In this document: piece after piece, positions 7,159 to 13,737 of the stretch
Position numbering within the stretch: position 1 is the stretch's first letter
Layout of the letters: the number at the start of each line of letters is the position of its first letter
Origin: a virus
Reading direction: 5' to 3' (one strand)
UHGV virus genome: UHGV-1377030
DNA: 23,643 nucleotides
Translations under genes and position numbers: made by a program
The notes under the pieces: generated by a model
What the model was told of the DNA's origin: nothing
Databases searched by the model: none
Seen by the model: only the letters and a program-made list of their open reading frames with translations

Positions 7159-8796
7159 ATGCAAATTATCGATGAAGGCCGTCATTATGTGCGTGTTTAT
7201 CGTGCCGGAAAGATTGCAGAGAAAAATCTGACGAAGGTTGCGACATTACTTGCTATTGCAGGCGTAAAGGAAGCACGTTGTTACCGTAGCTTTGTTGATC
7301 GAGAGCCTGAAGACTGGACTCCGCGCCTTGTCGGCCTAAAAGCTGAAGCGGAGCATGGGGAAAGTCTGGTGATTGAACTGCCAGTGAAGAAGGCTGAGCG
7401 CAAAAATGACGAGCGTGCTTCATCTTTGGCGTTGAATCAGATGGGGGCCAGCCAGCGCGGTGAAGTTCTCCTTGCACATTACGGCGGCGAACTGGCAATC
7501 AATGCCGACTCTGACACCGTTCATCATTACAACGGCGTTGTATGGGAGCCGGTTCAGGATAAAGAGTTACAGCGTGCTATGGCGCAGATTTTCATTGATG
7601 CGGAGATCAGCTATTCGCAGAACGCTATTAAATCGGCGGTAGATACCATGAAGTTAAGTTTGCCTGTAATGGGGAATACAGCCCGTAACCTGATTGGATT
7701 CAGTAACGGGGTATTTGATACCAGAACTGGTAATTTTCGGGAGCATAACAAAAACGACTGGTTGTTAATTGCCAGTGAATTACCTTTCAGCCCACCAGCA
7801 GAGGGGGAAACGCTGGCAACACATGCGCCGAATTTCTGGAAGTGGTTGCGCCGTTCGGTGGCTGAGAATGACCGCAAGGCAGATCGCGTACTGGCGGCAT
7901 TATTCATGGTGCTGGCGAACCGGTACGACTGGCAGTTATTCATTGAGGTAACAGGGCCGGGGGGAAGTGGTAAAAGTGTGATGGCGGAGATTTGCACCAT
8001 GCTGGCGGGTAAGGCTAATACAGTATCAGCAAGCATGAAGGCGCTGGAAGATGCAAGGGAACGTGCGTTAGTGGTTGGCTTTTCGCTGATTATCATGCCG
8101 GATATGACCCGCTACGCTGGTGATGGGGCAGGGATTAAGGCCATTACAGGCGGTGACAAGGTGGCAATTGACCCGAAACACAAAGCCCCCTATTCAACGC
8201 GTATTCCGGCAGTAGTGCTGGCGGTTAACAATAACGCCATGTCATTCAGTGACCGCAGCGGGGGGATCTCACGTCGTCGGGTGATATTCAATTTTTCGGA
8301 AGTTGTACCGGAGAACGAACGCGATTCGATGCTGGCGGAAAAAATAGAAGGTGAGCTGGCGGTAGTGATTCGTCATCTGCTTACAAGGTTTGCTGATCAG
8401 GACGAAGCCAGACGCCTGTTATATGAGCAGCAGAAATCTGAAGAAGCACTGGCGATAAAGCGAGAGGGGGATTCGCTGGTGGACTTCTGCGGTTATCTCA
8501 TGGCATCGGTAATGTGTGATGGCCTGTTAGTGGGTAATGCTGAAATTGTGCCATTCAGCCCACGCAGGTATCTCTATCATGCCTATCTGGCTTATATGAG
8601 GGCACATGGGTTTGGTAAACCTGTAACACTGACGCGCTTCGGTAAAGATATGCCGGGGGCAATGGCGGAATATGGCAGGGAGTATATGAAACGGAAAACG
8701 AAGCACGGTTTGCGTTCAAACGTGACCCTGACGGAGGAATCAGAAGACTGGATGCCATCATGTGTATCGGTCACTAATGACGATAGCAAAAATTAA
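7159..8796 (+). CDS. Phage/plasmid primase-helicase, P4 alpha-like (D5 N-terminal-like region plus SF3 P-loop NTPase)
   Basis: Walker A GPGGSGKS in TGPGGSGKSVMAEICTMLAG, a downstream hydrophobic-acidic Walker B-like stretch (LVVGFSLIIMPDM), and overall resemblance to satellite/PICI primase-replicase proteins. Gene is followed directly by an iteron array. Confidence 0.8.
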   Translation: MQIIDEGRHYVRVYRAGKIAEKNLTKVATLLAIAGVKEARCYRSFVDREPEDWTPRLVGLKAEAEHGESLVIELPVKKAERKNDERASSLALNQMGASQRGEVLLAHYGGELAINADSDTVHHYNGVVWEPVQDKELQRAMAQIFIDAEISYSQNAIKSAVDTMKLSLPVMGNTARNLIGFSNGVFDTRTGNFREHNKNDWLLIASELPFSPPAEGETLATHAPNFWKWLRRSVAENDRKADRVLAALFMVLANRYDWQLFIEVTGPGGSGKSVMAEICTMLAGKANTVSASMKALEDARERALVVGFSLIIMPDMTRYAGDGAGIKAITGGDKVAIDPKHKAPYSTRIPAVVLAVNNNAMSFSDRSGGISRRRVIFNFSEVVPENERDSMLAEKIEGELAVVIRHLLTRFADQDEARRLLYEQQKSEEALAIKREGDSLVDFCGYLMASVMCDGLLVGNAEIVPFSPRRYLYHAYLAYMRAHGFGKPVTLTRFGKDMPGAMAEYGREYMKRKTKHGLRSNVTLTEESEDWMPSCVSVTNDDSKN

Positions 8797-8804
8797 ACTT
8801 ATGG

Positions 8805-9040
8805 AATAACTGTTCACCACTGTTCACCCTGTCATAAATATCTTTTATATCAGTATATTATAGGGTGAACAGTTATTTATGAACTGTTCACCAAACTATT
8901 CACTGTTCACCTTTTTGATTGTTTATTGAGCTTCAAGGGTGAACAGTGGTGAACAGTTGGTGAATAGTTTTTGTGAAACTGTTCACCCATTAACATTATG
9001 AATTAAAAGAGAAAATATCAAAAGGTGAACAGGTGAAGGG
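8805..9040. repeat. Iteron array, putative island replication origin
   Basis: About 10 copies of CTGTTCACC or its complement GGTGAACAG in both orientations: 8810..8818, 8820..8828, 8864..8872, 8884..8892, 8903..8911, 8938..8946, 8948..8956, 8959..8967 (degenerate), 8979..8987, 9024..9032, in AT-rich non-coding DNA just 3' of the helicase gene. Confidence 0.65.
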
Positions 9041-9083
9041 TTAAAACGCAAAAATTTTAATTTACTGCTGTGAGATAAAGCCT

Positions 9084-9329
9084 ATGACAGCGAAGCACAC
9101 AAAAAAATCACAATCGCACGCCCTTGATTTGACGGAACACTGGTTAAGGGTGTCGATAAAAATCATCGACCGCAACGCCGGGGAAGGATACGCGAAAGCA
9201 CATCCCGAACTGATTAGCGCATTCATGACAACGGCGGCTGCAAACTTTGCCACTCTGACCGAACGGGAGATTGCTGAAGCGGAGGAAGTGACAACAATCA
9301 ATATTAAGTCCGGAGAGCAGGCAGCATGA
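9084..9329 (+). CDS. Hypothetical protein
   Basis: 81-aa ORF; its stop overlaps the start of the next gene (ATGA). Weak SD. Confidence 0.4.
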   Translation: MTAKHTKKSQSHALDLTEHWLRVSIKIIDRNAGEGYAKAHPELISAFMTTAAANFATLTEREIAEAEEVTTINIKSGEQAA

Positions 9330-9775
9330 CGGCGCAAATATCAGTTTACGGGCGGTTGGTGGACGACCCGCAGACAAAACAGACCAGCAAGGGCACCCCC
9401 ATGACGCTGGCGCGTATGGCGGTATCACTGCCCTGCAGTCAGTCGGATGACGGTCAGGCGACGATGTGGTTATCTGTCCTGGCGTTTGGCAGACAAGCCG
9501 ACGCGCTGGCAAAGCATCACAAAGGCGAACTCCTGAGCGTGGCGGGTAATATGCAGGTGAGCCAGTGGACTGGACAGAACGGTGAAACGCGGCAGGGCTG
9601 GCAGGTTATCGCAGACAGCGTAATCAGTGCGCGAACGGTGCGACCGGGCGGCAAAAAAGGTCAACAGGGTCAGGCTACTGACGCACTGAACAGAGCAAAA
9701 CAACAGGCAGATCAGCAAGGAAGCCATCCACCAGTGGGAGATAATGAGCAATGGGGAGATGATATTCCGTTTTAA
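9326..9775 (+). CDS. Single-stranded DNA-binding protein-like (divergent SSB with acidic C-terminal tail)
   Basis: 149 aa ending in ...EQWGDDIPF, the characteristic SSB C-terminal tail (DDDIPF); a Gly/Gln-rich linker precedes it. Confidence 0.6.
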   Translation: MTAQISVYGRLVDDPQTKQTSKGTPMTLARMAVSLPCSQSDDGQATMWLSVLAFGRQADALAKHHKGELLSVAGNMQVSQWTGQNGETRQGWQVIADSVISARTVRPGGKKGQQGQATDALNRAKQQADQQGSHPPVGDNEQWGDDIPF

Positions 9776-9783
9776 ATATTGCC

Positions 9784-9808
9784 AATAAAAAAGGCCGGAA
9801 AAAAATAA
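9784..9808. other. Palindromic hairpin after the SSB-like gene
   Basis: gccggaaaa-aaataaa-ttttccggc perfect palindrome; terminator or operator, function unclear. Confidence 0.3.
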
Positions 9809-9992
9809 ATTTTCCGGCATGCTACATAAATCCCGACCAAAGGGAGTGAAGATATTAACACTAATTATCCGCGCTGGAGTTGTTATCCCAAAACTTTATA
9901 CAACATTGCACTCGGTTGCATGTATTCGCATGACAAATATCGGTGATAGCATATATCCACAATTATTTTTAATGAATGCAAAGAGGATGCGT

Positions 9993-11033
9993 ATGGTTGA
10001 TTTATATTCGCCTACCCAGCTTGTACAGGTGGTTAATGCTGTAGATGTACAAAAACAACTAAATGCGTTGTTTACCAGTTTGTTTTTTACTCGCTCGGTA
10101 ATGTTTGAATCGCGCGATATTATTCTTGATACAATCGACGATCCAAATATCCCAATTGCAGCGTTTTGTTCTCCTATGGTAGGTAGTAAAGTTTCACGTG
10201 ACGAAGGGTACGAATCAAAAACAATTCGTCCAGGCTATATGAAGCCGAAAAGCAGCATTGATCCAAATAAGTTAGCTGTGCGCCCTGCTGGTGTATCACC
10301 TGAGCAATACAATGCTTTTGGAGCGCGTAATATTAAAGTTAAACAGGCGATTGTAAATCAGGCTAAAGCTATTCGTGCACGTATTGAATGGTTTGCCGTT
10401 CAGGCAATCACAACGGGGAAAAATATCATTGAGGGCGATGGTATTGAACGTTATGAGCTGGACTGGAATATAAAACCACAAAATATCATCACTCAGTCTG
10501 GCGGTACTGAGTGGTCAGGTAAGGATAAAGAAACTTTTGATCCAAATGATGATATTGAGAGCTACGCAGAATTTAGTGAGGGCGTCACTAATATCATCAT
10601 TATGGGCGGTAATGTATGGAAGAAATACCGTTCATTCAGAGCGATAAAAGAGGCTCTGGATACCCGTCGTGGTTCTAATTCCGAACTGGAAACGGCCCTT
10701 AAAGACCTTGGTGATTCGGTGAGTTTTAAAGGGTATATGGGCGATGTTGCGATTGTTGTATACAGCGGGCGTTATACCGACGAGGACGGAACTGAAAAAC
10801 ATTTCCTTGATCCTGATTTGATGGTGCTTGGCAATACGGCTCTTCAGGGGATTGTCGCCTATGGCGGTATTCAGGATCCGGAGCTAATCCGAATGGGGCT
10901 GACTAAAGCCGAACTTGCACCGAAAAACTATATTGTGCCTGGTGATCCGGCTATTGAATATGTGCAGACACATTCAGCACCACAGCCAATACCGGCCCGC
11001 ATCAATCGTTTTGTTACCGTTCGCATTGGCTAA
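9993..11033 (+). CDS. Island-encoded major capsid protein homologue (lambda gpE-like, full length)
   Basis: ATG at 9993 with an AGAGGA SD 5 nt upstream. MVDLYSPTQLVQ... aligns with the gpE N-terminus, and the C-terminal half is clearly homologous (ITQSGGTEWS, LDTRRGSNSELETA, GDVAIVVYSG, MVLGNT, GDPA), visible even at nucleotide level. Confidence 0.85.
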   Translation: MVDLYSPTQLVQVVNAVDVQKQLNALFTSLFFTRSVMFESRDIILDTIDDPNIPIAAFCSPMVGSKVSRDEGYESKTIRPGYMKPKSSIDPNKLAVRPAGVSPEQYNAFGARNIKVKQAIVNQAKAIRARIEWFAVQAITTGKNIIEGDGIERYELDWNIKPQNIITQSGGTEWSGKDKETFDPNDDIESYAEFSEGVTNIIIMGGNVWKKYRSFRAIKEALDTRRGSNSELETALKDLGDSVSFKGYMGDVAIVVYSGRYTDEDGTEKHFLDPDLMVLGNTALQGIVAYGGIQDPELIRMGLTKAELAPKNYIVPGDPAIEYVQTHSAPQPIPARINRFVTVRIG

Positions 11034-11042
11034 GGGGGAGCA

Positions 11043-11384
11043 ATGGCTACTCATTACACTGAACTCATGGCTGGCACTGAAGCACTGGTGACTACGCTGG
11101 GGATATTTTCAGCTAATAAAGGGGTAATTCCTGCATTTACGCCACTGATGCAGGAAGATGCAACAGGTGCACTGGTGGTATGGGATGGTTCGAGCGTAGG
11201 TAAAGCGGTTTATGTTTCCGCTGTACAAATCGACACCGCGAAAAAAACACAGGCTCAGGTCTATAAGACAGGTGTCTTAAATGTTGATGCTCTGAACTGG
11301 CCTGAGTCTGTAAAAGAACTGTCAGTAAAGATTGCAGCGTTTGTTGGCTCAGGTATTTCTGTTCAGCCGCTGGCTCGTGTGTAA
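11043..11384 (+). CDS. Island-encoded head decoration protein homologue (lambda gpD-like)
   Basis: 113 aa with strong SD (AAGGGGGAG). TPLMQEDATGALVVWDGSSVGKAVYVSAVQ...FVGSGISV parallels gp[30 protein letters not shown]...FAGTAISIV; similar length. Confidence 0.7.
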   Translation: MATHYTELMAGTEALVTTLGIFSANKGVIPAFTPLMQEDATGALVVWDGSSVGKAVYVSAVQIDTAKKTQAQVYKTGVLNVDALNWPESVKELSVKIAAFVGSGISVQPLARV

Positions 11385-11395
11385 AGGGGGATACA

Positions 11396-11779
11396 ATGCA
11401 GAATGATTACAATGACCTTAAGCCACTTGCCGAAATGATGTACCCGAATCCAGCTGTAGAGGAATTAAAAGCTATCGCTGACAAAATGTGTTTAAGCGAG
11501 CGCCTTGTTGATATGAATCAGGTGATGGAAATTACAACCCTGAGTCGGCGTACACTGCTAAACCTTGAGGCTAGTGGAGAGTTCCCGGAGCGTGTGCAGG
11601 TTACGGAAGGGCGTAAGGCCTGGTATTTAAGTGAAGTGATCGACTGGATAAATAATATTCCTCGCGCTTCTGAATATTGCCGCGTACCTGTCCCAAAAAA
11701 GCCAGATGCGGCGCTATGCCTCAAGATTGAGCGTGTACGCCGCAATGCACGGGATGGTCGCTATAAGCTGATTGGTTGA
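11396..11779 (+). CDS. Small HTH DNA-binding protein (AlpA/MerR-like winged helix), candidate cos-binding or packaging-redirecting protein
   Basis: 127 aa with strong SD. Central segment MEITTLSRRTLLNLEASGEFPERVQVTEGRKAWYLSEVIDWINN has AlpA-like HTH architecture; gene sits directly upstream of the island cos site. Confidence 0.55.
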   Translation: MQNDYNDLKPLAEMMYPNPAVEELKAIADKMCLSERLVDMNQVMEITTLSRRTLLNLEASGEFPERVQVTEGRKAWYLSEVIDWINNIPRASEYCRVPVPKKPDAALCLKIERVRRNARDGRYKLIG

Positions 11780-11832
11780 TGAAATTAGGGCCCGCTCTGG
11801 CTGGCGGGTCCTTTCCGGCGATCTGACAGGCT

Positions 11833-12000
11833 ACGGGGCGTCAGGCGCGCAGTTTTTTGCTATTTGTGAAAATTTTCCTGTTTAAGGCGTTTCCGTTCTT
11901 CTTCGCCGTAACTTAATGTTTTTATTAAAAACACCCCCTAAAAAGAAAGGAAACGACAGGTGCTAAAAACAGGCTTTTTGGCCTCTGTCGTTTCCTTTCT
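11833..12000 (+). other. Lambda-type cos site carried by the island (cosN-like plus cosB R3, I1 region, R2, R1)
   Basis: Sequence from ctacggggcg... through gcgtttccgttcttcttcg (R3-like, 11888..11905), agaaaggaaacgacag (R2-like, 11944..11959) and ctgtcgtttcctttct (R1-like, 11985..12000) closely parallels the left end of lambda DNA as I recall it. The R-site region is near-identical; the cosN segment differs at several positions. Confidence 0.75.
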
Positions 12001-12345
12001 CTGGTTTTGTTGCCATCCGTCGCGGTCTATCACCAGAAAAAATCTTATCCCTGAGTTGAATCAGGCCCTATTCAGAAGCGGCCAATAACGCGCCGCTAGC
12101 TTCACTTCATAGTTATGGCCTACTTCTGCGCCATTGCAATTGCTTTATGCGCCTTGATGGTGGAATATAGAGCAAGCAGTTTGCGAATAACAAAGTTTCA
12201 TATGTTTTTTGCTGTGTGGCTAGACAACTTTACAGCAGAGTTTTGTGTCAGTTCTTTATGTGTGCAAGCAAGCTTGAGGGGGAATTACTTCTGGCTGCAT
12301 CTTTGCTTAAGAACAGCAATAATTTAATCATAAGGAAATGTATAT

Positions 12346-12368
12346 AAGCCTGATTAAATTTCAGGCTT
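12346..12368 (-). terminator. Hairpin immediately 3' of the TIR-domain gene
   Basis: aagcctga (12346..12353) pairs with tcaggctt (12361..12368) around a 7-nt loop, 10 nt beyond the gene stop, in AT-rich context. Confidence 0.4.
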
Positions 12369-12377
12369 ATTGAAATG

Positions 12378-13520
12378 TTAACTCCTTATTAGAGAGTAAA
12401 TTCCATCCTCTTTAAGGAAGTCTATTACTTCAAAGAATGAGATAAAGAATTCCCAAGAACCAAAAGCATATGCATGAATTTCGTAAGGTGCAAAATGGAA
12501 TCTAAATCCATCACTATTTATTGTGAACGAGTCTAAGTTACTATCCATGATACCCGTTGCAAACGTACTAATGTCGTCCTCACTTGGTTTTTCACCAGTT
12601 TTCTCCCAAAATTCACGAGCTGATTCAGAGATTATTTTTTGTTTTATCTTATTAATCGCTTCTTGCTCTTTCCCTTCGGTAAATACATCCCATAAACTAA
12701 ATTTGTATGCGTAGTCATCCTTGGTTATTACGAAATTACTAGTTTCAAAATGACTGTTAGGGTGTGCTGCTCCCGCACCATACCAATGTACGGAATGAAG
12801 GATGCTCATAACATTTTCGTTACAGTATGAGATGTTATAACTTTCATTATAGGAACTAGTGTAAGTGTGTTTATATTCTTCATCCCAATATGGTGTTCCT
12901 GGCCATAGTGATGTGCGTTCAGAAAAAATATGTAAAGCCGCTTTTCCTGAAAAGTAATCACTAATGAGTTTTGCTGATTTCGGTAATGTATGGCTTTCAA
13001 TTCTTGGATATGCTATTTCAATTTCATGCCCTGGGATCTTGTTATATTCTTCCTTGAAAACCTCGCTGCTAAAGTTAAATGGCCCATAAGTGATACCTTG
13101 AGATATTTCAAGTTTTTGTTGCGATGCTGCTAATCTTAAAGATCTAGATAAAATGTCCCAACCATCATTTCTCTTAAAATCAATGAATTGGAGCTTGCTT
13201 GATATGTAGGCGGGTACTTCGCAATCATCAATAAGTAATGGTATCACGAACACATCATCTGGTTTGTAATACTTTAGTTTATCAATGGCGTCATTTATTT
13301 CGCGGCGAATATAACCATTTTTCTGAGTGCTCACTTTGCTAAGGATAAGGATTATCAAGTTTGAATTAGCGAAGTTTTTTTGGATTTCATAATCCCAGTT
13401 TACGCCAGCGGGTATATCTTTTACATCCATCCAAGGGGAATATCCTCCACTTTTTAGCCTTTCATAGATTTCTTCAGTTATCGTTTCATCTTCTTTTGCA
13501 TGAGCAAGAAAAATTTTCAT
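12378..13520 (-). CDS. TIR-domain protein with uncharacterised ~240-aa C-terminal domain (candidate anti-phage defence cargo)
   Basis: 380-aa ORF with an AAGGAA SD 6 nt upstream. N-terminus MKIFLAHAKEDETITEEIYERLKSGGYSPWMDVKDIPAGVNW...LIILILSKVSTQKNGYIRREINDAI fits the bacterial TIR pattern (K-I/V-F-L/I-S/A-H/Y start, W at box 2, S-x-x-S...E catalytic-type segment). Strongly AT-rich relative to island and phage genes. Confidence 0.75.
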   Translation of the reverse strand: MKIFLAHAKEDETITEEIYERLKSGGYSPWMDVKDIPAGVNWDYEIQKNFANSNLIILILSKVSTQKNGYIRREINDAIDKLKYYKPDDVFVIPLLIDDCEVPAYISSKLQFIDFKRNDGWDILSRSLRLAASQQKLEISQGITYGPFNFSSEVFKEEYNKIPGHEIEIAYPRIESHTLPKSAKLISDYFSGKAALHIFSERTSLWPGTPYWDEEYKHTYTSSYNESYNISYCNENVMSILHSVHWYGAGAAHPNSHFETSNFVITKDDYAYKFSLWDVFTEGKEQEAINKIKQKIISESAREFWEKTGEKPSEDDISTFATGIMDSNLDSFTINSDGFRFHFAPYEIHAYAFGSWEFFISFFEVIDFLKEDGIYSLIRS

Positions 13521-13631
13521 TGAATATTCCTTTATAATTTAACTAATTAAGTGAAGGAGGCTTTACTTGGCTGTGTTAGAAAAAATTCGGTTTGTTTTTT
13601 GTACGATGCCAAGAAGGCTTTTCCCTAACCA

Positions 13632-13652
13632 TGTATTGCAGCATGTATTGCT
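13632..13652. repeat. Tandem direct repeat tgtattgcagc / tgtattgct (putative integrase arm-type sites, right end)
   Basis: tgtattgcagc (13632..13642) and tgtattgct (13644..13652), matching the pair at 3140..3160. Confidence 0.45.
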
Positions 13653-13727
13653 ACGTAATTCTGCACCCTCTCATTTATAAAATAAATCTCTGTTAAATCA
13701 AGTATCTTTTTTCTATTTGACTCATGT

Positions 13728-13737
13728 AACCCAAGCA
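13728..13737. repeat. Right copy of 10-bp direct repeat (putative attR core)
   Basis: aacccaagca; lambda E-homologous sequence resumes exactly here. Confidence 0.55.

Larger units (their letters stand above)
3012..13737 (+). mobile_element. Integrative satellite-like island (~10.7 kb) inserted in capsid gene E; int-alpA, replication module, E/D homologues, cos, TIR cargo
   Basis: Bounded by 10-bp direct repeats aacccaagca (3002..3011 and 13728..13737) that interrupt an otherwise continuous lambda E reading frame. Integrase lies just inside the left end, and similar tandem repeats TGTATTGCAGC-N-TGTATTGCT sit inside both ends. Composition is visibly more AT-rich than the flanking phage genes. 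Confidence 0.8.

Noticed and set aside
6994-7185. 63-aa minus-strand ORF in the gap before the primase-helicase
   Set aside because: Antisense within a plus-strand operon, Cys/Trp-rich improbable product, no SD.
8805-9040. Possible CRISPR array suggested by repeated tgttcacc units
   Set aside because: Repeat unit is only 9 bp, occurs in both orientations with irregular spacing and no spacer-like unique segments; fits replication iterons, not CRISPR.
11944-12000. Perfect 16-bp inverted repeat considered as a structured ncRNA or strong terminator
   Set aside because: The two arms correspond to the R2 and R1 terminase-binding elements of a lambda-type cosB, which are naturally inverted relative to each other; the cos interpretation explains the whole surrounding region.
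9993-12000. Island capsid genes plus cos interpreted as a leftover fragment of a second lambdoid prophage
   Set aside because: Gene order is inverted relative to lambda (E-like before D-like), terminase, portal and protease are absent, and the segment is embedded between an int-alpA-replication module and att-like repeats; a satellite-type element fits better.
12115-12327. 70-aa plus-strand ORF between cos and the TIR gene
   Set aside because: No SD, Cys/Phe-rich low-complexity translation, located in the spacer downstream of cosB; most likely non-coding.
3012-13737. IS element or transposon as the cause of E disruption
   Set aside because: No transposase gene or terminal inverted repeats; a tyrosine integrase, 10-bp direct repeat core and arm-type repeats indicate site-specific integration.
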